From a virus: a stretch of DNA of 64,000 bases. The number at the start of each line of letters is the position of its first letter. Position 1 is the first letter of the stretch. The stretch is from IMG/VR virus record IMGVR_UViG_3300030430_005376, positions 73,661 to 137,660 of that record; one strand, given 5' to 3'. This document shows, piece by piece, positions 35,371 to 44,701 of this stretch. The notes below the pieces were generated by a model that did not search any database, was not told the DNA's origin, and saw only the letters and a list, made by a program, of their open reading frames with translations. The position numbers and the translations under genes were made by a program.

Positions 35371-38300
35371 GTGAATCTACGCCTGTTTTAGTAATTTCTA
35401 TTGTATTGTCAACAATGTCTTTGATTGCGTCAATATGGGATATAATGATGATGTTTTTAAACCACTTTTTAAGTGACTGTAATAGTCTACCGCAAGCTTC
35501 TAGATTTGTTTCATCTAGAGATCCAAACCCTTCGTCAATTATCAACATAGAAGATTTAGGCAAAGAAGAAACGTTAATAAGCGCTACTCTAATTGCTAAA
35601 GAAGAGATCATTTTTTCCATGCCTGACGCTAACTCAATGATTCTCTTTGAATCACCATAGTCAATAAACACGTCCATGGCGTTTGACTCAAGATCAGCTT
35701 CTAAGACAACTGTGAATGGTACGACTCCCTTTAAAATTTTTGCAATCTCTCTGTTGATTTTAGGCAACAAAGAATTGATTATTTGAACCGGAATACCCCG
35801 CTTAGAAGTTGCTTGTATGAACAAGTCTTGAACTTTTAGTTGTGTGTTTAAAGTGTCAAACTTTTCTTTTGATTTCTCTGACTGCTCTATTGAAAGCCTC
35901 GCACCTTCGACTATTTTAATTTTGCTAATTCTTTTTTCGTCATTTTCTTTTAGAGATCTCTTTTTTGAGTCTAAAAGACGTGCTACACCAGAAGTGTCGC
36001 TGTCTTTATCTTGCCCTTCGTACTTTTGCTTAAGATCGCTGTACTCTCTTTCTAATTTCAAGAGATCGTTTTTGTGATTGGAAATATCATTGTTTAAAGA
36101 TTGTATTTCAACTCGATTCTCTGAAATGCTGGAAATTAGTTTTGACTTTTTTTGGATGATGGCGTTATACTTTTCTATTTTCTCACTGTACTTTTCTTTC
36201 TCTATTTTTCGCCAAGAAGATTTTAAGTCAGATACATTTGTACTAAGCTGATTTACTTTTTCTCTCTTAGATTCGATCCTAGCCTTATCCTTGTGAGAAT
36301 CTTTTATAAATTTGCAAGTAGGGAACTCATCGCCGCAGGGTACCTCTAAGAGCTTCTTTATTGACTTTTCCATGGCATTGAGCTCAGTATTTTCTGCCTT
36401 TAGGTGTCCCTCAAGCTTCCATAAGGTTTGCACTAGTTCTTTTGCAGCATCATTTTTAAGCTTTACTTCCTCTATGTCAAAAGAATCTACAAAGTCTTCG
36501 ATTTTTTTAATTTTTGTTTCTGACTCAAAAATTGCATCTTTAAGAATATCTAGGCTTTCTTGCTCATCATCAATTTTCTCTCTTACAGAGTTAACTTTTC
36601 TTTCTGCACTTTCAAGATCAGTCATTGTTACAAAATTAGAGCCTGACTTTTCAAGAACTTCTTTAGTTAGTCTTTCAACATCTTTTTGCAAGTCTTCTCT
36701 TTCTTCATTAATCTTGTCTAGAAGATTCTGACTAGTGTTCATTTTTCTTTTTAGATCACTTATTTTTTTGTTCCAGCTAGTTTCTGGGGCAAACCTTTTT
36801 AATTCTGCCCTGAGTTCTGCAGTTTGTTTTTTAGCGTGATCGTTCATTAATTCAAAGACACTCATGTCTAGAAAGCTAGAAAGAATATTTTTTCTTGCTG
36901 TCGCTTTTTCTTTGATAAAGACATTCATCTCACCTTGTGATGCAAGACCTGTCATTTGAAATTCTTCAGAAGTACCAATCATAGATCTCAATATCTTTTC
37001 TGATTCTCTGCGCTGCTCTTCTGTTTTATCCTCAACTATGTTTCCTGCGTCATCAATTCTGTAAATGCTTAGATTAGTAGGTGCCCACACATTGTTTTTT
37101 GTGACTTTCTTTTTTGTTTCTCTTACTATTCTAAAAAGCGTTCCGTTTACAGATATGTCTATTTCTGTTCTACAGAAATTTTTTCTAGAGTTAATGATGT
37201 GAATATTTTTTATAGCGCCTCTATCAGAAGAATTGAAAAGACCGTATGCTATGGTGCCGATTATTGAAGATTTTCCTCGAGCATTTTTTCCAAATATACC
37301 TGTAATACCTGGAAGTTTATCTAGATTTATTTCATTGTCTTCACCGTAACAAAAAGTGTTATCAAACTTTATTTTATTGACACCCCACTTAATGTTTCTC
37401 AAGTCAACATTTTCTTGAGTAACTTCTGATAAGTAAGCTGAAGTCGTATTGTCAAGCTCGCACCACTCTTCTTCTAAAATATTGCTTCCAGCATAATACT
37501 GACGCATCAATTCTTTTAGTACTTTAGGGTCTCTCAAGTTCAAAGTTGTGACTTCATTTTCTTTAATCATGTCAGAAGAAAATGAATTGTCTATCTTAAA
37601 GACTACCTCTGTAGCATTTTTTGATTTTTTAAGAGCTTTTTGAAGAGATTTTGTTTGTGCTGGCGTGATGTAGTCATTGACAGCACTTATTCTAAATCTT
37701 GACATTCTTGGGTGTGCTGAACATGCTCTGACAGTTTTCTCAACATCGCCTTTCCACTCAACAGTCACAAACTTGTAATCGTTCTTTACAGGATAAAATT
37801 CTACATCAAAATCGTCTTTGGATCTTATGTCCCACACTAAAAATCCTTTTTCTTCATCTTCTCCGTAGTTTTGTTGAATGGTGCTGCCGCAGTAAGCGAC
37901 TGTAGATTTTTGATTTAAAAACTGTCTTTTGTGTATATCACCTAACAAACCAAAGTCAAATGCATCAAAAAAGCTGACAGGGACTTCTCCATCAAGAACC
38001 CAGTCAATGTCTGTTAAGGATCCTGTTACTGCTCCATGATACAGAGCTATAGATACATTTTTTCCTGGTTTGACTTTGCTCCAGTTTTCTTCATCGAAAC
38101 AAGAAAAGACACACCAGTCAAAACCTGGTATGCCTGTCGGATAAACACCTGAATCTTTGTACAGAAATATCCTATCGTTATTTATTGCTTCAATAATAGG
38201 GGTAACTGCGTCCTGCCTATCTTTATTATGAATAAGTCCGTCGTGATTTCCAAGAATAACATGAGTAGGCGCAATCGATGCCATTTCATTAAACCACCAC

Positions 38301-38485
38301 ACTAAGTTTTCTACTAGTTCTGGTGATATACCTTGGGTCTTTGAATGTACAATGTCTCCACCGACGTATATGACATCAGGTTTAATTTTTTTTGCTTGCT
38401 TAAAAAGGTCTTTAAAAGCTAAAACATATTCTTGATGTCTGGATAAGCCTCGCCAGTGAACATCAGCGATATGAAGTATTTTCAT
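35354..38485 (-). CDS. sbcCD: Fused Mre11/SbcD nuclease - Rad50/SbcC ATPase (T4 gp47-gp46 equivalent)
   Basis: ADVH, GDIVH, GNHD, LGDIH nuclease motifs; GKNARGKSS, ASGMEK, IIDEGFGSLD, ISH ATPase motifs; coiled coil. Confidence 0.9.
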   Translation of the reverse strand: MKILHIADVHWRGLSRHQEYVLAFKDLFKQAKKIKPDVIYVGGDIVHSKTQGISPELVENLVWWFNEMASIAPTHVILGNHDGLIHNKDRQDAVTPIIEAINNDRIFLYKDSGVYPTGIPGFDWCVFSCFDEENWSKVKPGKNVSIALYHGAVTGSLTDIDWVLDGEVPVSFFDAFDFGLLGDIHKRQFLNQKSTVAYCGSTIQQNYGEDEEKGFLVWDIRSKDDFDVEFYPVKNDYKFVTVEWKGDVEKTVRACSAHPRMSRFRISAVNDYITPAQTKSLQKALKKSKNATEVVFKIDNSFSSDMIKENEVTTLNLRDPKVLKELMRQYYAGSNILEEEWCELDNTTSAYLSEVTQENVDLRNIKWGVNKIKFDNTFCYGEDNEINLDKLPGITGIFGKNARGKSSIIGTIAYGLFNSSDRGAIKNIHIINSRKNFCRTEIDISVNGTLFRIVRETKKKVTKNNVWAPTNLSIYRIDDAGNIVEDKTEEQRRESEKILRSMIGTSEEFQMTGLASQGEMNVFIKEKATARKNILSSFLDMSVFELMNDHAKKQTAELRAELKRFAPETSWNKKISDLKRKMNTSQNLLDKINEEREDLQKDVERLTKEVLEKSGSNFVTMTDLESAERKVNSVREKIDDEQESLDILKDAIFESETKIKKIEDFVDSFDIEEVKLKNDAAKELVQTLWKLEGHLKAENTELNAMEKSIKKLLEVPCGDEFPTCKFIKDSHKDKARIESKREKVNQLSTNVSDLKSSWRKIEKEKYSEKIEKYNAIIQKKSKLISSISENRVEIQSLNNDISNHKNDLLKLEREYSDLKQKYEGQDKDSDTSGVARLLDSKKRSLKENDEKRISKIKIVEGARLSIEQSEKSKEKFDTLNTQLKVQDLFIQATSKRGIPVQIINSLLPKINREIAKILKGVVPFTVVLEADLESNAMDVFIDYGDSKRIIELASGMEKMISSLAIRVALINVSSLPKSSMLIIDEGFGSLDETNLEACGRLLQSLKKWFKNIIIISHIDAIKDIVDNTIEITKTGVDSHVKNV

Positions 38486-39729
38486 GAATATCCCTTGTTC
38501 ATTTTAATCACATAATCTTTACGATCAGGAGTAAATTGCAGTGATCCATTTGGACATATTACCCAGCATCTCTTAGATGTACAAGACTTAGGCTTGGGAG
38601 CGTAACCGTCAGTCATGATAATGCATCCGTCAAAATCTTTCTTGACTTTTCTAAAGTGATCTTCAACAGCATCAAAGCAGGTACCACCTGTAAGTGATCT
38701 TCTAAAATCCGCAGTTTTTCCTTTTTTCCAAACTGTTTTAGAATCATCCTCAACTCTAGAGTCAAAATAGTAAAAGGTGAATGTGTGTGTCTTAGAAAGC
38801 TCTGCTAACCAACCTTGAAACATTGTCAGCGCTGTGCCGCCAACAGAGCCGCTTTGGTCTATGTACACAGCGAGGCTAGATGTCTTCTTGGACTTTTTAC
38901 CAGCGTGAATGTAAGGATACTTTCTGTTAATTTTGCGCTGAGTCTTAAAATACCCGCTTCTCATTTTCATTCCACAGAAGTATTTAATCGCTCGCTTGGG
39001 GTCATATTCAGCCTGAGTTGCTTTTTCTATTTCTTGCCGTGTCGAGTGTGACACAGATCCCCAGCCTCTGTTATTTGCAACTTCTTTTGCATTCTTGAGG
39101 ATAGTTTTTACTTGTTGTTCTGCAAGAGCTTGCTCAGATTCGGAAAGCTCGGATTCGTCGTGTTCATCTAAGATTGCAACTACTTTGTTACCGTAAAGGT
39201 CTTCGATAATGTCTTTAATCTCTTTGTTTTCTTGAATTCTTTCCATATACCACTCAGATGATTTCTTCGGAGGCATACTTTCAATGAAATTACTAAACTT
39301 TTCAATAGACTTCACTCTATCTTCTGTTAACTTTTCTTTGTCTTCTACAGTTAGTGTGTTTTTTCTTCCTGGAATAAGGCCACACTCAGGCAATTCATCG
39401 AGTGGAATATCACTGTTGATTGCAAGATCTGTTGCGATATTCCAATCTAGGTGAGGCTTTTGCTTTCTTGAAGTCACGTGCTTCCTGATAAGATGGTAGC
39501 ATTCGTGCTTTAAAAGTCCAAACTTCTTTTTTGTGCTTAGAGAATGCATGAACTTAGGGTTCCAGTAAAGTGTCATTGTGCCTTTTTCGTAGTTGACACC
39601 AGCAGTAGGTAAATCTTCAGACCTAACTTTACGCATAGCCCTAATAATCGTAGCAAAGAAGGGCTCGTCAAGTAGAAACTTTAAAAGAACACTATCGAAA
39701 GATTTTTGTGAAAGCTCTTCCATGATCAT
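38482..39729 (-). CDS. VWA-domain protein with HExxH metallopeptidase-like N-terminus (DUF2201-like)
   Basis: KHECYHL, WNIATDLAIN, DQSGS MIDAS, GGT, MTDGY. Confidence 0.8.
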   Translation of the reverse strand: MIMEELSQKSFDSVLLKFLLDEPFFATIIRAMRKVRSEDLPTAGVNYEKGTMTLYWNPKFMHSLSTKKKFGLLKHECYHLIRKHVTSRKQKPHLDWNIATDLAINSDIPLDELPECGLIPGRKNTLTVEDKEKLTEDRVKSIEKFSNFIESMPPKKSSEWYMERIQENKEIKDIIEDLYGNKVVAILDEHDESELSESEQALAEQQVKTILKNAKEVANNRGWGSVSHSTRQEIEKATQAEYDPKRAIKYFCGMKMRSGYFKTQRKINRKYPYIHAGKKSKKTSSLAVYIDQSGSVGGTALTMFQGWLAELSKTHTFTFYYFDSRVEDDSKTVWKKGKTADFRRSLTGGTCFDAVEDHFRKVKKDFDGCIIMTDGYAPKPKSCTSKRCWVICPNGSLQFTPDRKDYVIKMNKGYS

Positions 39730-40781
39730 ACTCCAATTGCTGATCGTGTGGCCTCTAGAACTCTTGTCTTTAAGACTTTATGAATTGTTTTGATATTATG
39801 CTTATTTTTAGTAGCCAAAATATTCTGCATAAAATCAACTACAACTTCATCTGACATGTGCTTCATAAACTTTTCAATGTTTAAAGCTTGACTAACATTG
39901 ACTTCTGCTTCTTTCAAATAAAGAATAACTTGATCAACCGCTTCGTTTTTCTTGTCTGAAGGGAGCTCAGCAATGTCTGCCTCTACTTCTTCAAAGTTGT
40001 TTAGAATTTCATCTGCCCCAATCTTTAGACGGTAGTTTCTCACATAATCAAGAAATGCTGCCGTTGTAGCGCTGCCAACAAAACCAGCACAAAAGTAAAA
40101 AGCATTATCAGGTGTATCTTTGCCAGCGAAAGAAGAAGGCTTCAAGCCTGCGTGAGCTAAAGACGCGTTAAGTCGATCCCAAGAAGCTGGATAAGGGTAG
40201 ACCTCACCTGGCGTCCTTTGCCCTTCGTGCATCAAGTGAGCCGGATATTTCTTGATAAACTTTTTAATCATGGGGTCAATATTGTTTTTATCAGCCCAAG
40301 ATAACCAAGGCTTTGCACCAACAGAAAGTTCTGTTACCCAGAACCTTCTAGTCAATGCTGGGTCCATTTCATTTACGTCAAAGTCATTACCTTCGTTAAT
40401 TGCCATAAAGATTCTGGTTTCTGGATGAAGCTTGTGACCATTAAGCTCTCTATCAAGAACGATCTGAAATGCAATTTGTTGAACTTCGTTTGTAGCTCTG
40501 TTTCCTTCGTCTAAGAAAAGCAAGTGAGGTTTGTGACAAGCAGATAAAAATCGTGCATTTGGAGCAAAGCGTGTTGTACCATCGACGAGCTCTGGAAGTC
40601 CTAAAATATCGCCTTCGCTAAAAGTGCTAAGCCTCCAGTCTAGCACTGGCAAATCTAGCATCTCGCCAATCTGCTTTACCACATCAGATTTTCCAATACC
40701 TGTATCACCTTTGACAAGGACCGATATGTTGGCGGGTAGATTAGTAGTTACTTCAATAAATTTGTTAATGTTCATTTGCAT
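39726..40781 (-). CDS. MoxR-type AAA+ ATPase
   Basis: GDTGIGKS, LFLDEGNRA, MDPALTRRF; adjacent to VWA gene. Confidence 0.85.
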   Translation of the reverse strand: MQMNINKFIEVTTNLPANISVLVKGDTGIGKSDVVKQIGEMLDLPVLDWRLSTFSEGDILGLPELVDGTTRFAPNARFLSACHKPHLLFLDEGNRATNEVQQIAFQIVLDRELNGHKLHPETRIFMAINEGNDFDVNEMDPALTRRFWVTELSVGAKPWLSWADKNNIDPMIKKFIKKYPAHLMHEGQRTPGEVYPYPASWDRLNASLAHAGLKPSSFAGKDTPDNAFYFCAGFVGSATTAAFLDYVRNYRLKIGADEILNNFEEVEADIAELPSDKKNEAVDQVILYLKEAEVNVSQALNIEKFMKHMSDEVVVDFMQNILATKNKHNIKTIHKVLKTRVLEATRSAIGV

Positions 40782-40802
40782 GTGTTTGTTTTCCTCTTTA
40801 CT

Positions 40803-40831
40803 TTTATATTTTAAACTTTTTTATTTGCAAA
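40803..40831 (-). promoter_or_regulatory. Sigma70-like promoter for MoxR-VWA
   Basis: TTTGCA-17 bp-TATAAA. Confidence 0.45.
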
Positions 40832-40836
40832 TGCAC

Positions 40837-41277
40837 TCATAATTTTTCAATAACTTCAATAGGCTTAATTTCAATTCTGCCTACCGAGGACAAGAGTGTC
40901 ACAACACCAGAGTTCTTAGCCTGTTCCCTTGTCGCACACTCATTTGGGACCCACATTGACACAATCAAACCCATCTCTTCTGATCCTTTGTAATTAAAGC
41001 TAACCGTGTCGCCTGCCTCAAAAGAAAATATTGCTTGACTTTTTTGTGTACTAGAAAAATCTTCTTTTATATTTTTGAGGTTTTGTCTAGCTATTTTTTT
41101 CAACTCTTTTGGTGTATGTCCAGTTTCACTTATTTTTGACTCTTTGCCAGCTATTTTTGCTTTTCTTATTTCTTGAGCTCTGTTGGGAATTCCGTCAGGC
41201 TCAGACAAAGCTCGTTCTTCCTTGTAGCTCTTTCTTATTTTTCTTAAATCAGAAGCTGATATTTTCCTTTTTGCCAT
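40837..41277 (-). CDS. Basic hypothetical protein
   Basis: ORF track; GAGGT RBS. Confidence 0.7.
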   Translation of the reverse strand: MAKRKISASDLRKIRKSYKEERALSEPDGIPNRAQEIRKAKIAGKESKISETGHTPKELKKIARQNLKNIKEDFSSTQKSQAIFSFEAGDTVSFNYKGSEEMGLIVSMWVPNECATREQAKNSGVVTLLSSVGRIEIKPIEVIEKL

Positions 41278-41294
41278 AAATTACCTCTTTTATT

Positions 41295-41323
41295 ATTATA
41301 GCAAGAAGATTTTTTAATTACAC
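41295..41323 (-). promoter_or_regulatory. Sigma70-like promoter with extended -10
   Basis: GTGTAA-17 bp-TATAAT, with TGn before the -10. Confidence 0.6.
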
Positions 41324-41324
41324 A

Positions 41325-42575
41325 CTACAAAATTAGCTTTTCTATCTTGTTTTCATGATAAAAATTTTCTAACATATAATCTAATTCATCCATGATTATT
41401 TGATTTGCTATGTCAAAGTTAAAATTTGTTTCTTTTAAGAAGACAAGATTAGTTATCTTTTTATTGCCTTTTTCAAAAGGCGCTAACCAACTCATAGTTG
41501 CTAATTTAAGAAAAGGCTTGTCACGAATATCGCAGACTTTCGGTGCATACTCAACTATTTTGTTGGCAGGCGCATAAGATACACCTGACAATGTTGATCT
41601 GTGATCGCTTCTTATTTTTGAGTGCGACTCAAGAATCTTATTCAATCTAGCGAAGTCTGAGAAAGATTCTTGCTTGACAAAGAATATGTGTGTCATTCCT
41701 TCTAGAAGTCTTTTGATTTCAACTTCTTTTGTGCAATATTCTATCGGGTATCCTTCAATGAATGACTCGCTAGCACTTTTACATTCTGCTATCGAAATAC
41801 CTGTACATTCTTTCAAGAATGATGCCATGTCTTCAGTAAAAAAGTTTATTGCTTGTGTCTTCTTGAAAGATGACCTAGATTTAAGTGCTCGCTTTCTTAA
41901 AAATTTAACAAAAATCTTTTGATTTTGCCTACTAATGCAGTTTTCATTTAAGCTGCTCTCTTTCAGCAAAAAATTTGCTGCTTGTTCCCCTAAAAATCTT
42001 CCGGCTGATATATCTGACGGGAAGTGCACACCGTTTTCTATTCTTGATTGCGCAATCATTTCTGCTATTGTTTGAAGCTGCATAGCTTTTTCAGGAAAAA
42101 GGTCAGAAAGATAGTTGCTTATCAAATAAGCAAAAGCTGTGTGACCACTTGGATAAGATGGTGAACCGGCTTCTGCAGTTTCAATATCTTCTCCCCTGTC
42201 TTTAAAATACTCAAAAGGGCGAGGTCTATCATATTTGAATTTCTGTCTAAGCATAATGCTGTCAAACTCTTTTAGCATGTCATCAATACTTGACCAGTCA
42301 AATTCTTCCTTTCCTAAAAATTTTTTAAATATATCTTCAGCGTCTCGGTCAGATAGTTCTAAAAATTTTTCTGAAAGAGAAGGATCTTTTACACAGCGTC
42401 TGACTTCGTCTAAGTCTTCTTCAAACTTTTCTGTGCCAAGTTCAGGGTAAGGCATCTCAGGAATTGTTGCCTCAAAACCTTCAAAGATTTTACATTTTCT
42501 AGTCAGCCTTTTTTTGTATTTTTTAGGTACACTAGTAATGTCGACATCTTCAAAAAGACGTTGAAGCGAAATCAT
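41325..42575 (-). CDS. PAP2/class A acid phosphatase with C-terminal degenerate Fic-like region
   Basis: KFKYDRPRP, PSYPSGH, SRIENGVHFPSD; C-terminal LAPFEKGNKK. Confidence 0.8.
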   Translation of the reverse strand: MISLQRLFEDVDITSVPKKYKKRLTRKCKIFEGFEATIPEMPYPELGTEKFEEDLDEVRRCVKDPSLSEKFLELSDRDAEDIFKKFLGKEEFDWSSIDDMLKEFDSIMLRQKFKYDRPRPFEYFKDRGEDIETAEAGSPSYPSGHTAFAYLISNYLSDLFPEKAMQLQTIAEMIAQSRIENGVHFPSDISAGRFLGEQAANFLLKESSLNENCISRQNQKIFVKFLRKRALKSRSSFKKTQAINFFTEDMASFLKECTGISIAECKSASESFIEGYPIEYCTKEVEIKRLLEGMTHIFFVKQESFSDFARLNKILESHSKIRSDHRSTLSGVSYAPANKIVEYAPKVCDIRDKPFLKLATMSWLAPFEKGNKKITNLVFLKETNFNFDIANQIIMDELDYMLENFYHENKIEKLIL

Positions 42576-42589
42576 AATTTCCTCTTAGT

Positions 42590-43156
42590 TTATTCTTGCT
42601 CGTGCATGTAGTCTAATTTGTGATAAACTTCACCAATATCATCTGCAGCTTGTGAAATGTGACTTCTCATCCAGTCGTCAAGGTCATGATCTTCTGGTAT
42701 CATGTGCTGAAGTTTTTGAGCGTACTGGGCGATTTTGTGAAGTTGAGACTTTGCCATATATGCACCTGACTTGTGACCTTCTTCTTCGTCTTCTAAAGAA
42801 AATGTGCCGACTATAGATTCGGCGCTAGGATACATTAGCATAGGTTCGTAGTCTGAATAACTTGAAGGGGGTGAATCTCCACATCCACAGCCGCCTTCCA
42901 TCATCAGAGGTCCGCCGCAAGAAGAGCAAGTTAATTTCATTACATGCTTGCTCACGCTAGGAGGTAGGGGATAATCTTCGTCATCACTGGGGCAGTCACA
43001 AGGGTCATGCTGGTGAACTGAGCATGGAGTAGATCGAGCACTAACGCTTCGGTCTCGCTTAAAACTATCGGGCACGTCTGCTGGGTTTACGAGCAAATCT
43101 TCTTTTACTCTTGATATTTCTTGTTGGATAATTTTTCTTAAGCTTTCTCTTTTCAT
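42590..43156 (-). CDS. Hypothetical protein with leader, Cys cluster and helical C-terminal domain
   Basis: MKRESLRKIIQQEI...VKE; CSSCGG...CGCG; MAKSQLHKIAQYA. Confidence 0.7.
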   Translation of the reverse strand: MKRESLRKIIQQEISRVKEDLLVNPADVPDSFKRDRSVSARSTPCSVHQHDPCDCPSDDEDYPLPPSVSKHVMKLTCSSCGGPLMMEGGCGCGDSPPSSYSDYEPMLMYPSAESIVGTFSLEDEEEGHKSGAYMAKSQLHKIAQYAQKLQHMIPEDHDLDDWMRSHISQAADDIGEVYHKLDYMHEQE

Positions 43157-43168
43157 GTCAACATGTCC

Positions 43169-44128
43169 TTAATACATGGAACCAGATTTAATTCCGCTTA
43201 TTAAATATCTCATTCTTTCCATATTGTCAAAAGGTTTGGCATTCAAAATGCAATTTTGTGCTTCTTTTTTGGTCATGTCTCCTAAATCTTTCTGGATATT
43301 AGAAACGTAACTTACGTTTATTCCGTAGTTTATTAGCCTCTTTGCTATTTTCATTTGTTTTTCTTGAACATCAGGATCAAGAGCCAAAACAACACTAGCG
43401 TTGGACTCGATAATTTTCCTAAACAATTTGTATTTTTCATCAATCCAACTACCAAGAATTGGAACAGAATTACTACCTGCTTTTAATGAATCAAATATTC
43501 CTTCAACAATTATGACCGGTCTGTCCCATTCTATGATGTGTTCATTAAAAATAATATCTCTTTTAGAAGCCTTGCAATTTTTGTACTGTTGATACTTTGT
43601 TTTCTCGCACACACGAGTCAAGTAAAAGTTTAAATTCAAGTTTTCGTCAAACGAAGGAAATATGACTCTGTTTTCAAAACCTGGTTCAAAACTAAAACCA
43701 GCCTTGAATCGAAATAAGTCGTCTTCGTTAAACCCGCGTTTAAAAAGATAGTCTTTTATAAAATTAGATTGTTTAGATCTGCTCGTTGCAAGCAATTTAA
43801 AATCATCAGGTAGTTTTAGAGAAATTTCTTGTTGTAATACTTCTTCCCTAAAACCTCCAAAATATTCTTTGAATCTATCTATCTGTTTATTGTTGGGGTA
43901 GTTAACCTGCACAAAACGTGCAATATTTTTGCCTTTGGTTTCGCAAACCCAACAGTGATACACGCCTGTTTCAATGCAAATCGAAAGCTTCTTTTTTTTC
44001 TTAACTTTTGGCGACTTTAAGCAAACAGGACAATGGACAGCAACGTCTTTTCCGTTGCTTGACACAATACCTTCACCAAAAGCAGAACTTAAAAGTTCTC
44101 TTTTTTGTTTTAAAGTTATAATGCTCAC
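43169..44128 (-). CDS. DNA primase (gp61/DnaG-like)
   Basis: HCPVC...HCWVC Zn domain; TOPRIM VEGIFD and LDPD. Confidence 0.85.
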   Translation of the reverse strand: MSIITLKQKRELLSSAFGEGIVSSNGKDVAVHCPVCLKSPKVKKKKKLSICIETGVYHCWVCETKGKNIARFVQVNYPNNKQIDRFKEYFGGFREEVLQQEISLKLPDDFKLLATSRSKQSNFIKDYLFKRGFNEDDLFRFKAGFSFEPGFENRVIFPSFDENLNLNFYLTRVCEKTKYQQYKNCKASKRDIIFNEHIIEWDRPVIIVEGIFDSLKAGSNSVPILGSWIDEKYKLFRKIIESNASVVLALDPDVQEKQMKIAKRLINYGINVSYVSNIQKDLGDMTKKEAQNCILNAKPFDNMERMRYLISGIKSGSMY

Positions 44129-44137
44129 ATTTAGATA

Positions 44138-44701
44138 TTATGAAGCTTTTTTACTTTTTTCAATCCAAGCAGCTTTTGCTATGACAAAAGCGTCAGCCAT
44201 ATCGTAAGAAACCTTGTTAGTCACTTCTTGCCCTTTGCGTGGGCCTGACTTGAGTATTTTAGTTGGAAATTCGAAAATATCACCTACGCGTTCTTTTACC
44301 TGTCTCAAGACTTGTTCTTTTGTAGGCTCTGCAGTTTTCTTTTTGGATAAAACGATAATGTTGTTTGCTTTTCGAGCGTTATTAACATTTATGGGCGACG
44401 CCTCTATGTCTAAGTCATTATAACATATCCACTGTATGATGCCATTAAACTTTGCTAATTTAAATAAAGTTCCAGACGAAGATCTTCCGCGAGCAAAACT
44501 CGTCAAATAATCTTCCACAGAAATATTATCGATAGGATATTTGATTATTAGACCTAGAATGTGATTCTTTACTTTTTTAGCTTTTTCAAAAAAGTTCTTC
44601 TCTTTTGTCAATTCAACATAAGAAAAGTGAACAGGTGTGCCTGAGTCGTTCACAACACAGAAACCTGTGCAGCTAGTAGATATGTCAATACCTAAAATCA
44701 T
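44138..44701 (-). CDS. RuvC-like Holliday junction resolvase
   Basis: LGIDISTSCTG, VED, DMADA acidic catalytic set. Confidence 0.8.
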   Translation of the reverse strand: MILGIDISTSCTGFCVVNDSGTPVHFSYVELTKEKNFFEKAKKVKNHILGLIIKYPIDNISVEDYLTSFARGRSSSGTLFKLAKFNGIIQWICYNDLDIEASPINVNNARKANNIIVLSKKKTAEPTKEQVLRQVKERVGDIFEFPTKILKSGPRKGQEVTNKVSYDMADAFVIAKAAWIEKSKKAS

